A stretch of DNA of 64,000 nucleotides, from positions 234 through 64,233 of the forward strand of contig DATNCJ010000024.1 in assembly GCA_035607215.1 (NCBI GenBank), read 5' to 3'. Position numbers and translations under genes: made by a program. The DNA comes from Candidatus Eiseniibacteriota bacterium (GTDB lineage Bacteria > Acidobacteriota > Terriglobia > Acidiferrales > UBA7541). This document shows positions 1-9,189 of the stretch, one piece after another (position 1 is the stretch's first letter; every line of letters begins with the position of its first letter). The notes under the pieces were generated by a model. The model was not told the DNA's origin. It ran no database searches and saw only the letters and a program-made list of their open reading frames with translations.

Positions 1-19
1 GTCGTTTCAGCCAGCTCAT
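1..19 (-). CDS. 5' end (first 6 codons, MSWLKR) of a second ADOP/MacB-type permease running off the window edge
   Basis: nt 5-23 are identical to nt 2764-2782, the start region of the complete permease. ATG at 19-17 is preceded by GAGGGG. Confidence 0.4.
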
Positions 20-84
20 GATTCCCCTCGAGCGAACCAGCGTTGTATACGCTCTTGCGGCCCTCGCCCCTTTTTGACAGCACG

Positions 85-2778
85 CTACTCGTATCGCAGT
101 GCTACCATCGGATCGACTCGCGTCGCCCGCCGTGCCGGCAAGTAACAGGCCAGCAGCGCAACTAAGATGAGCAGGGCAGCAACGCCGGCAAACGTTGTCG
201 GATCGTTCGGTGTCACGCCAAACAGCAAGTTCGTCATCAACTGCATCAATCCGAAAGCAGCGCCGATTCCGATAGCTACGCCCACTAGCGCCATCTTCGC
301 GCCATGCCTCAGGACCATTTGCAGCACGTCTCCGCGTTGCGCCCCCAGCGCTAACCGAATTCCAATTTCGCGCCTGCGTTGTGACACCGTGTAAGAGATC
401 ACACCATAGATGCCGATGATGCCCAGCACCAGCGCCATCGCGCCCGCGATCCCAAGCATTACCAGCGTGAAGGAGGTTCGCGCAACCGATTTGTCGAAGA
501 CTTCCTGCATCGTGCGCACCGATGCCAGTGGCAGGTTCGAATTCACCGACCACACCGCTTGACGGACCTCATCGAGAAAACCCGCTGTGCCGGAGCGCTC
601 GCTTCGTACCACGAACGTCACTGTCCGGATAACGTCCCATGAGCCTGGCTTACCAAGAATGCTCGTCAGCGAGGGCCAATACACGATTTCGGGTGCGTTT
701 TCCTGGACGCCCTTCTCACGAACGTCCTCTACTACTCCGATCACCTCGTGCCACGGAATTCCCGCATATGTACGCATTCGTCGGCCGATGGCGCCGGATG
801 CTGTGCCCCACATCTCGCGCGCCAGATTTTCGGAGACCATCGCTACCGGTCTGTTGCCGTACACCTCCGTCCATGTCAGGTCGCGGCCCGCAACCACTCG
901 AGTGCCAGCCGCGTGGAAGAACCCGGGAGAAACAAACTGGAACAGCCGGAGGGGCGGAATTGCGCCGTCAGAGTAAGTCCTGTCCTCTGCATAAATCGCA
1001 TCCCATCCGGACTCGAACCCTTCCATGGGCATTGCCCTCGCGAATCCAACGGACGTCACACCCGGAAGTGCCGTCAACCTATCGACAATCTCGTTTTGGA
1101 TTCGCGTGACTCGTTCCGGCTCCTTCACCAGCGAATCCGGAATGGAAATTCTGAGGATCTGAAGATGCGGTGCATCCGTGAATCCCGGCTCCACCGTTCG
1201 CAATGCTTGGAACGTGCGAATCATTAAGCCGGCGCACACGAGTAGCACTAGCGCCATCGCCACCTGACCTACGACCAGAGCATTGCGCGCGCGATGGCGC
1301 TCCCGGCTCACGCTCGTTGTCCGCCCGGCACTTCGAAGAGCCAACGAAGTTCGTGGTCCGCTGTATTTCAATGCAGGCACTAATCCAAACAACAAACCAG
1401 AGAGCAGCGAAAGAAGGACTGCGAATCCGAGCGTCCGCGTATCCAGCGAAATCTCACTTAAGCGAGGTAGATTCGCGGGGCCTATCGCTACAAGCAGTCG
1501 CACGCCCCAATCAGCGACGCCAACGCCCAGCGCGCCGCCCATCAACCCCAGGATCAAGCTTTCAACAAGAAGACCTCGAACGATGCGTCCCCAACCGGCG
1601 CCGAGCACGGCGCGCACCGCAAGCTCCTGGTGTCTCGCCTCCACCCTCACGAGCAACAAATTCGTCACGTTGGCGCAGGCGATCAACATCACCAGGCCGA
1701 TCGTTCCCATCACCACCCATACAACGTCGCTGACGTTGCCGATCACTTCTTGTTTCAGCGGACGAATAGCGGGCGTGATTTTCCAAGTCTCATAAATTCG
1801 TGGATTCGTGCCGGGACCGTTCGACCAGGAGTCCATCCAAATCGGCAACATTCGCGCCACGTCAGCATTGGCTTCGGCAATCGTGACCCCGGGCCGTAAC
1901 CGCGCGATTCCCTGATACCCAAATCCCGCCGGAATCAGCTTGCCGCGTTCGAACCCCAACGGCACGATCACGTCGAAATCTACATCGACGAATCGGAACC
2001 CTTGAGGCATGACCCCGACGATTTCGCGAGGCCGCGAATCAATCGTAATTTTGCGCCCAACCGCCGAACGGTCTCCGCCGAAGTTCCGCTGCCAATACCC
2101 GTAGCTGAGCATCACGGTTTCGGGTCCGCGCGGAATCTGGTCTGCCTGGGAAAGCCAGCGGCCAACAGCTGGTGGCACGCTGAGCGCCTGAAGCACGCCA
2201 TCGCTGACTTCAACGGTGCGGACTTGTTCCGGCTCGGCTAGGCCCGTGACATTCGCCGTGCCGGTATCCCACACTCCCAACGACTGGAACGTCCGGTTTT
2301 GCTCGGCATAGGTGAAATACATGGATGGCGAGAGGCGCAGACCGTTTGCGAAATCCGCCAGCCCTGCAGCCCCTGGGGCAAGCTGCCGGAGGGCCACCAG
2401 TTCGTCTGCCTCTGGATAGTTCAGCGGTTTCAGCAACACGCTATTCACAACGCTGAACACGGCGGTGTTGGCGCCGATTCCGATCGCGATCGTCAACAAG
2501 CCAACCGCGGCGAACACCGGATTGTGACGCAGGGCGCGAAAACCATAACGGACGTCCGCGAGAAAGTCCTCAATATGCGACCGCCGCCCCACCTCGCGGC
2601 CAACTCCCTCGATCAGCATCACGTTGCCGAACTGACGGTGAGCTGCCGCGGCCGCCTCGTTCGGAGCCATACCCTCGGAGATCAGCTCCGCCGTCTTTTC
2701 CTCGATATGCTCTCGGGTTTCTTCGGAGAGCTCGGCGTATTGCCGCCCCCTCGAGAAAAATTGTTTCAGCCAGCTCAT
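85..2778 (-). CDS. ADOP-family duplicated MacB/FtsX-type ABC transporter permease
   Basis: 897 aa with two MacB-periplasmic plus FtsX-like halves and multiple TM stretches. The start overlaps the PadR stop in ATGA (2775-2778). Confidence 0.85.
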   Translation of the reverse strand: MSWLKQFFSRGRQYAELSEETREHIEEKTAELISEGMAPNEAAAAAHRQFGNVMLIEGVGREVGRRSHIEDFLADVRYGFRALRHNPVFAAVGLLTIAIGIGANTAVFSVVNSVLLKPLNYPEADELVALRQLAPGAAGLADFANGLRLSPSMYFTYAEQNRTFQSLGVWDTGTANVTGLAEPEQVRTVEVSDGVLQALSVPPAVGRWLSQADQIPRGPETVMLSYGYWQRNFGGDRSAVGRKITIDSRPREIVGVMPQGFRFVDVDFDVIVPLGFERGKLIPAGFGYQGIARLRPGVTIAEANADVARMLPIWMDSWSNGPGTNPRIYETWKITPAIRPLKQEVIGNVSDVVWVVMGTIGLVMLIACANVTNLLLVRVEARHQELAVRAVLGAGWGRIVRGLLVESLILGLMGGALGVGVADWGVRLLVAIGPANLPRLSEISLDTRTLGFAVLLSLLSGLLFGLVPALKYSGPRTSLALRSAGRTTSVSRERHRARNALVVGQVAMALVLLVCAGLMIRTFQALRTVEPGFTDAPHLQILRISIPDSLVKEPERVTRIQNEIVDRLTALPGVTSVGFARAMPMEGFESGWDAIYAEDRTYSDGAIPPLRLFQFVSPGFFHAAGTRVVAGRDLTWTEVYGNRPVAMVSENLAREMWGTASGAIGRRMRTYAGIPWHEVIGVVEDVREKGVQENAPEIVYWPSLTSILGKPGSWDVIRTVTFVVRSERSGTAGFLDEVRQAVWSVNSNLPLASVRTMQEVFDKSVARTSFTLVMLGIAGAMALVLGIIGIYGVISYTVSQRRREIGIRLALGAQRGDVLQMVLRHGAKMALVGVAIGIGAAFGLMQLMTNLLFGVTPNDPTTFAGVAALLILVALLACYLPARRATRVDPMVALRYE

Positions 2779-3116
2779 GATTTTCTCGGCGCCAGCACTC
2801 GTGTGACCCCTTCCAGCATCCGCTCAAAACTCGACACTTCGCGCTGCAGGTGCTTCAATCCCGCCGGAGTCAGCTTGTAGACCCGCACGCGCCGGTTCGT
2901 CGCCGACACGCCCCACTCCGCCTTCACAAGTTCCGCCTTCAGCAGCCGCTGCAACGCCGGATACAGCGAACCCTCTTCGATCTGCAGCAGGTCGTCCGAA
3001 GTCCGCTTGATATGCTGCGCCAGCGCGTAACCGTGCAACGGCTGGCGCTTCAGAGTCCGCAGCACCATCATTTCCAGTGCCCCCGGAAACAGATCCCGCT
3101 GCTCGCTCTTCTTCAT
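2775..3116 (-). CDS. PadR family transcriptional regulator
   Basis: Winged-helix PadR signature (LEMMVLRTLKRQPLHGYALAQHIK...EGSLYPALQRL). The internal ATG at 3116 is preferred over the long ORF start. Translationally coupled to the permease. Confidence 0.85.
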   Translation of the reverse strand: MKKSEQRDLFPGALEMMVLRTLKRQPLHGYALAQHIKRTSDDLLQIEEGSLYPALQRLLKAELVKAEWGVSATNRRVRVYKLTPAGLKHLQREVSSFERMLEGVTRVLAPRKS

Positions 3117-3276
3117 GACGAAGTCATCCCCCAAAATGTTTTCGCTTTTCCTATTTTGCTCGATACCTAGACCAAAACAGTATAGAGCCGCTGTCAAGCA
3201 CCCCGCTATCAAGCCCTGGCGCTTGGCACCGGCCAGGATCTGGGCTAGCATGACCCGCGACTTTTCAGGAGTCCGA

Positions 3277-3807
3277 ATGAAACGCGTTCTGCTCGCAGTG
3301 CTCGCCCTGGCCAGTCCGGCCGCGGCTCAAATCCCTCAAAAGGATGTTTTGCTGAAACATTGGAAGACTTCAGGTGAGTTCACCCTGGCCGTTGCAGACG
3401 CCATGCCCGCCGACGGTTACAACTTCCGCGCGACCCCGGAGGAAATGAGTTTCGGCCAGCTGATGGCGCACATCGCCATGGCCGATCGCAACGCATGCAC
3501 GCAGGCCAGCGGACTCACAGCACCCGCGCTGCCGCCGGCCATCGAAGCCTGGAGCAAGGACTCGGTAAAAGTGGACGTAAGTAAAGGGGCGGCGACGTCC
3601 TTCGTAAAAGAAATTTTCGAGTTCTGCAGCAAAGCCATCGCCGAAATGCCCGCCGCCAACGCCGACAAGGTCGTCGGCCCGCCCAATCGCAATCTCACCG
3701 GCGCGGAGTGGCTGTGGTCCTACTTCACCCACACGGCGCATCATCGCGGCCAAGCCGAGGTCTACCTGCGCCTGAAAGGCATCAAGCCGCCGGCCTACGA
3801 ATTCTGA
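3277..3807 (+). CDS. DinB-family protein with N-terminal signal peptide
   Basis: MKRVLLAVLALASPAAAQ leader. DinB-type His motifs (MAHIAMADRN, FTHTAHHRGQAEVYLR). Start chosen at the internal ATG. Confidence 0.8.
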   Translation: MKRVLLAVLALASPAAAQIPQKDVLLKHWKTSGEFTLAVADAMPADGYNFRATPEEMSFGQLMAHIAMADRNACTQASGLTAPALPPAIEAWSKDSVKVDVSKGAATSFVKEIFEFCSKAIAEMPAANADKVVGPPNRNLTGAEWLWSYFTHTAHHRGQAEVYLRLKGIKPPAYEF

Positions 3808-3874
3808 CGTTGCGTGAGGTGATGCAGGCGTAGTCGAGACGCCGGGCTTTAGGCGCGGCGTCCACAGTTTGAGC

Positions 3875-5686
3875 TTAGAATTTTACCAGAATCGCCAGAT
3901 CGATTCGGTTCTCGATCTCCTTCAAATCGGGCGTAAAGCCCGGCACCGACGATCCCGGCGTACCGCAAATATTCTCGACCAGCGGCGCGCTCGGGCACGA
4001 TGTTGGCGTGACTCCGCCCGGCCCGGAGAAGTACGGCACGTTCGCCGCTCGGTGGTCGAATTCCCACAGGAATGTAATGTATTGGCTGGGCATATAGTCG
4101 AAGGTCGCGGACGCATCCCACGCCTTGAATGGGTCGCCTGGACTCGCCGTGAAGTACGGCGTTCCTGATGCCGCCGTCGCGCCATTGATCGGTGGAATCA
4201 GCACCAGCTAGCGTCCGATTGTTGATCCTGCCGCCACCCAGCGTTAGGCCATACTTGTTTTTGTTGAACCATGCGCGGTTGTAGAACATAAAGCCCAAGA
4301 AACTCTGCTTCGGGCCTTTTGCCGAATTGCCGGTGCAGCTCACTCCGCCGCCGTGCTCACAGCCAATATCACCGGTAACAGAGAATGCCAGCTTGTCGAG
4401 CGTGCGCTCCGGGTGATCGTAGTACTTCACTTCGAGACTGTTGTCCGAGTGATAGCGAATGCGGCCCGGAACACCCAATGTGTCTTCACCCAGCATGTAG
4501 CCGTTCGAGACGATCGAAACCGCCCCCGATGGCCGGTACAGCACTTGGAATCCGAATCCCATCCGATTGTTGAATCGGCCGTAGGATTGCCACCCATTGA
4601 TGATCCATGGCTCGATTTTCAATTTTTCCGTCGGATACAGTTGCACTCGCAACCCGTTGAAGAAGAATGGAGTGTTCGACGAGACGTAAGACGGCTGGTA
4701 GGCCCAATTGTCGAAGTTGTACCAACTGAACAGGCCAATGTAGGACATGAAAATTCCTGCGTCCACATTGATCCCATGCATCGCGTTGATGTGATAGCCG
4801 CCGTAGGCTTCAGCCAAGTAGCGGTATGCTCCATCAAGACCCCACTGGCCTCGCGAGGGGCTGGCGTCGTTGCGCGGCTGGGTCTGCGAATACATTCCGA
4901 ATTGCGTCATGATCCTGCCGCGTACATTGTCGTAGTGAAATCGCCGCCGACACCCAGCTGCGTGAGTTGAAATTCTTGTGCACGAAAGACTTCCGCTGAT
5001 CCGCCGATGGTGTCGTCCTTGGGATGATTGAAATCGTAGATGTAGCTGGCATCGAACCGAACTTCCGGTGTGAAAAATTTCGTGTCCAGCGGCACGTCCT
5101 TCGTCCGCGCGTTTCCATTCAGCCAGGTATAGTCCGCGAATGAGAATGGCTCCGCCTTCGGCGCCTTGGCGGCCTTCGCCACGTCCGCTGCGCCCTTTTG
5201 CTCCGGGCCGACGCTCCCCGCCGCGATTTCCGCTACGACGCGGTCCTTCGAAATCGCATTCGCGCTTTCCACCGCTGTCGGTGACGTCGAAACATCCTTC
5301 GTCGACGCGATCGCCGAGCTCGTCCCCGTTACCGTGGGTACGTAAGCTGCCGCCGCAAGATCGGACGACGGCGCGGATGCCGGAGAATTCGCCGCGTTCG
5401 CTGGTGCGGCATCCCCGCCATGCTTATCCGATTCCAGGTCCGCAACGCGTCTTTCTAGCTGTTCCACACGATCGAGCAGCCAGCGCTCGCGGTCCGTCAA
5501 AGGCGCGGGGGCATTGATCTTTGTTGGGGCATTCGTCTTTGCGGGAGCCGCGTCGCTCGACGAATTGCTATTTGCCTTGTCGCTGGTCTTGTCGTCGGCA
5601 ACTGCGACATGAGGGCTAACCATCAAGAACAGAATTGCCAGGGCGGTGAACACACGACAACGCACGCACCGATGTAATGTGCGCAT
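3875..5686 (-). pseudogene. Outer-membrane beta-barrel porin (OmpL/bbp2-like) interrupted by two frameshifts
   Basis: Three ORF pieces (4907-5686, 3849-4910, 3875-4204) join into one protein. It has a signal peptide, a coiled coil and a barrel ending LAILVKF. Shifts lie near 4931-4942 and 4205-4215. Confidence 0.7.
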
Positions 5687-5897
5687 ATCTCTCTCCGGTC
5701 AGTAGCGAATCGGCTTCAACGAGAACGCCTATGGCCACTCTGATGTGCCTTGCGTGTCTGGGATGCAAGTAAAATCGTTGCCCGGAGAAAGTAGCAGTGG
5801 GTGTGTTAGGAAAGCGTAAGTTGGGCGTAATAACGGCGTTAGCCGAAGAAGCGGTAGCGGGACGGGAACTTGGCGATCGTTGGAGCCGGATGCGGCG

Positions 5898-6629
5898 TCA
5901 GCGGCGAGCTTGCTTGGCCTGGTCGATACCTTCTTGCATCACGCTCTTGAACGCAGCTTCGGTGCTTTGCGCGTCGCTGAGCAACGATTGCGCCCGGCTC
6001 AGCAACCCTTGCGCCTGCGGACCATCCGCTTTCGCCGACCCGCCTTGCATCGCCTGCGCGTTCTGCATCAGATCTTTCATCTCATCGAGCAACTGGCGTG
6101 AGTGCGCGACGTAGTGCTCCTTCGCGATGAACATCTTTTCTTCCCACGCGCGACGGCCGGGAAAATCAACGTCGTTGCCCTCGAGCACCACATGCGCAAG
6201 CAGGCTGCGGTCGAGCGGAGCCAGCTTGTCGAGTGCGCCTTCGGCGTTGCCGATTCCTGCCCAGGCTTTGCCCATCGGGCTGTCGTCGCCACTCTTGCTG
6301 GTTCCGCCGGCTGCCGAGAAATTGCTCAGACCCGCGGCCGCGGCGCTTGTTCCCGCCGACGTTCCGCCGCCCGATTTGCCGGAGCCGAAATTGTCGTCGT
6401 TCAGGACGGTCTTCACCGGCGCGGCGTTCTTCTCTTTGTCTTTGCGATTCTGGCGCGCCACGTCGCCCAGCGATTGGGTCTGATCCTGCGCGTACACCGG
6501 GTCAGACGGAGTCAGGAACACTCCAACGAATGCCGCCAGCAGAATCAATTTCCGCAACACGGAGGCCTCCGCGGCCGGGCTTGTCTCGCGGGGATAGACT
6601 CTCCCCGTGTTGATTATGGTCGCTGGCAC
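5898..6629 (-). CDS. Hypothetical secreted protein
   Basis: 243-aa ORF with a hydrophobic leader (LILLAAFVGVFLTPSDPVYAQ) and a Gly/Ser-rich linker. No family recognised and the start is uncertain. Confidence 0.5.
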   Translation of the reverse strand: MPATIINTGRVYPRETSPAAEASVLRKLILLAAFVGVFLTPSDPVYAQDQTQSLGDVARQNRKDKEKNAAPVKTVLNDDNFGSGKSGGGTSAGTSAAAAGLSNFSAAGGTSKSGDDSPMGKAWAGIGNAEGALDKLAPLDRSLLAHVVLEGNDVDFPGRRAWEEKMFIAKEHYVAHSRQLLDEMKDLMQNAQAMQGGSAKADGPQAQGLLSRAQSLLSDAQSTEAAFKSVMQEGIDQAKQARR

Positions 6630-6739
6630 GATGGAGACGGGCTATAGGCCGAAAGTACTGTCGTGTTCCAATGCGCCACTGGCCGTTCGTCCGTTACTTT
6701 TTGATTCGTGACTCGCCGATTGCCAGCGTTTTCTATTTT

Positions 6740-7546
6740 TTATCTTCGCAGCGGCGCTGACGGATCGCGCTGTGACACTTCGTAGGCTACTTGACGGGTT
6801 TCTTCGTGGACCAAGCCGTTGCTGGCGAGAATCATCGGCCCGCCGAGCTGGTAGGGCTTGTCGGCAAAGTCGGTGATTTTGCCCCCGGCTTCTTCGACCA
6901 ACAAAACGCCGGCGGCGACGTCCCATTTATTGAGCCCGAATTCCCAGAAGACATCGAAGCGGCCTGCGGCCACGCCGGCGAGATCGAGTGCGGCGGAGCC
7001 GTCTCGCCGGACGCCGTGGGAGCGCAGCGTGAAATCCCAATAGTAGTGAATGTTGGGGCTGGCGACTCGTTTGTGCGCGGGGAAGCCGGTGCAGAGCAGG
7101 CTCGCGGCGAGCTTGTCGACTTTCGAGACCCGAAGCGGCTTGCCGTTGAGAGTGGCGCCGTGGCCGCGGGCGGCAGCGAACAATTCGTTGTAGTAGGGGT
7201 TGTAGACGACGCCGGCGATCAGCGTGTCGCCTTGCGCGAGTCCCATGGAAACGCTGAAGCATGGGTAGCCGTGAGCAAAATTGGTAGTGCCATCGAGCGG
7301 ATCGACGAACCAGCGAAATTCGGAGGCAGTGTCGTGGCCGGTCCCCTCTTCGGCCACGATGCCATGATCGGGGAAATATCTTGTGAGGCGCTCGACAATG
7401 CAGCGCTCGGAGCGTTTGTCCGCCTGGGTGACCAGATCGGCTTCGCCTTTATAAGAGATGCTGGGCGGCCGATCGAATTCTTCGCGAAGGATCTTGCCGG
7501 CTTCCAGAGCGATTTCCGTGGCAGCGTCGAGATAGTTTTTGGTCAT
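6740..7546 (-). CDS. Inositol monophosphatase family protein
   Basis: IMPase motifs are present: DLVTQADKRSE, WFVDPLDGTTNFAHGYP, WDVAAG. Confidence 0.9.
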   Translation of the reverse strand: MTKNYLDAATEIALEAGKILREEFDRPPSISYKGEADLVTQADKRSERCIVERLTRYFPDHGIVAEEGTGHDTASEFRWFVDPLDGTTNFAHGYPCFSVSMGLAQGDTLIAGVVYNPYYNELFAAARGHGATLNGKPLRVSKVDKLAASLLCTGFPAHKRVASPNIHYYWDFTLRSHGVRRDGSAALDLAGVAAGRFDVFWEFGLNKWDVAAGVLLVEEAGGKITDFADKPYQLGGPMILASNGLVHEETRQVAYEVSQRDPSAPLRR

Positions 7547-7651
7547 AGGAAAATCGCACCGCGATTCGCAGCAAGTGGATGCTACGCGCTAGCGCTTCTT
7601 CCACTTTAACATTCGCACCGATTTGGAAGCATCGCGGAAATTGCTGTTAGA

Positions 7652-8881
7652 ATGCGCGCCATGCGGACCAATTTGACGGCGTTTTTCTTGCGATCGCTCC
7701 TGCTGCTGCAATTTCCGTTGCTGCTAGGCGCGGCGGACGAGACGAAACTTTGGCCGATGCTGACACGTGGAATCGACAGCAACCTGCGCGCGGTCAGCGC
7801 GGACTACAGCCATCCCAGCGATGCGAAGGTCGCAGTGGAATTGGTGATCTGGGCGGCGGGATCGAATGGAGTGGTGCTGCGCTCGCCCGACGACGGCAAA
7901 ACCTGGAAGCGGCTGCGCGTCGAGGGTGGCGAGAAACTGGACTTTCGCGGCCTGGCTTCGTTCGGCGATCGCATCGCGTACCTGATGTCCGTGGGAGAAA
8001 ACGGCGACTCGCGAATTTACAAGACGACCGACGCCGGCGAAAACTGGCGCTTGCAGTATTCAGACAAGCGGCCGGGTTTCTTCCTGGATGGGCTAGTGTG
8101 CCGCGAAGAGAAAGATTGTTTTGCGATCAGCGATCCGATCGACGGGAAATTCTTGTTGCTTCACACGGAGGATGGCGAACATTGGAAGGAATTGCCGCGC
8201 GAGCAGATGCCCGCGCCGCTGCCGAGGGAAGGCGTGTTCGCAGCGAGCAATTCGTCGCTGACGCTGTGCGGCGAAGAGGGCGAGGAACTCTTCTTTGGCA
8301 CCGGCGGGCCGGCGGCGCGCGTGTTTCATTCGCGTGATCGAGGAAAGACTTGGACGGTGGTGGAAACGCCGATCGCAAGCGGGAATGCCTCGTCGGGAAT
8401 TTTCTCGCTGCGCTGCAAAGGCGACGCAGTAGTGGCCGTGGGCGGCGACTACCGCAATGTGTCGAGCGATGTGCGCGTGGCCGCGTATTCGGTGGATCAC
8501 GGCGCCACCTGGAAACTCGCCGAGAGCGGCCCGCTGGGATTCCGTTCCGGCGTGGATGTGGCGTACGGCCCGGTATGGGTGGCCGTCGGGCCGACGGGCG
8601 AAGACATCAGTACGGATGGTGGCAGGCACTGGAAGCACTCGGCGTCACTGAATCTAAACGCGGTGACCGTGTTGCACGACCAGACCACGATTCCAGCGGT
8701 CGGTGCGGGCGGGGTGGTAGCCGAGTATCGGCAGCTGTACGAGATCCGGCAGCGCAGAAAGGACGCAGCGGAATGGGTCGCGGTCCTTTGGAGACCGGAA
8801 GCCGAACCCAACTTCGAACATAGTTGTGGCGATTGGGGCGTGGGCATCGAACGGGGGAAAGAAGACGTCAGTCTCCGATGA
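7652..8881 (+). CDS. BNR/Asp-box repeat beta-propeller protein (Ycf48/sialidase-like), exported
   Basis: Six Asp-box-like repeats (DDGKTWKRL, TDAGENWRL, EDGEHWKEL, RDRGKTWTV, DHGATWKL, TDGGRHWKH) and an N-terminal hydrophobic leader. Confidence 0.7.
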   Translation: MRAMRTNLTAFFLRSLLLLQFPLLLGAADETKLWPMLTRGIDSNLRAVSADYSHPSDAKVAVELVIWAAGSNGVVLRSPDDGKTWKRLRVEGGEKLDFRGLASFGDRIAYLMSVGENGDSRIYKTTDAGENWRLQYSDKRPGFFLDGLVCREEKDCFAISDPIDGKFLLLHTEDGEHWKELPREQMPAPLPREGVFAASNSSLTLCGEEGEELFFGTGGPAARVFHSRDRGKTWTVVETPIASGNASSGIFSLRCKGDAVVAVGGDYRNVSSDVRVAAYSVDHGATWKLAESGPLGFRSGVDVAYGPVWVAVGPTGEDISTDGGRHWKHSASLNLNAVTVLHDQTTIPAVGAGGVVAEYRQLYEIRQRRKDAAEWVAVLWRPEAEPNFEHSCGDWGVGIERGKEDVSLR

Positions 8882-9173
8882 ATTTTAAATACAGATGTAC
8901 GGCGCCTTCGCAGCGTTCGGCAAGTGCTCGAATTTCTTCGACGATTTGCTCCTCATCGGGACTCTGGCTGTTTCTAGCCAGGCTTGCCATTGAGACAGAA
9001 ACCTGGGCATTTGCATGTGGTTAAACACTGTATCGCCGTACCAATCAATTTCTGCAAGAAGTGGTTCCTCTTTGGAGGGATCTCTCAAACAGCCGGTGCA
9101 GATGATTCTGCGGATCGATGACAGTGGCAAGCTCCTCGCCACGTTCTGTTTCCAGGTTGATGTGAAAATCCAA
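8868..9173 (-). pseudogene. Small (~100 aa) gene of unknown function disrupted by two compensating frameshifts
   Basis: Protein-like text switches frame twice. DFHINLETERGEELATVIDPQNHLHRLFERSLQ is followed by EEPLLAEIDWYGDTVFNHMQMPRFLSQWQAWLETA, then SPDEEQIVEEIRALAERCEGAVHLYLKFIGD. Lower-GC pocket. Confidence 0.4.
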
Positions 9174-9189
9174 CCATAGCTCCTCTGGC

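Noticed and set aside
4205-4215. GCTAGC (NheI site) exactly at the second porin frameshift, considered as a sign of engineering
   Set aside because: A single 6-mer is expected by chance many times in 64 kb, and there are no vector-like flanks.
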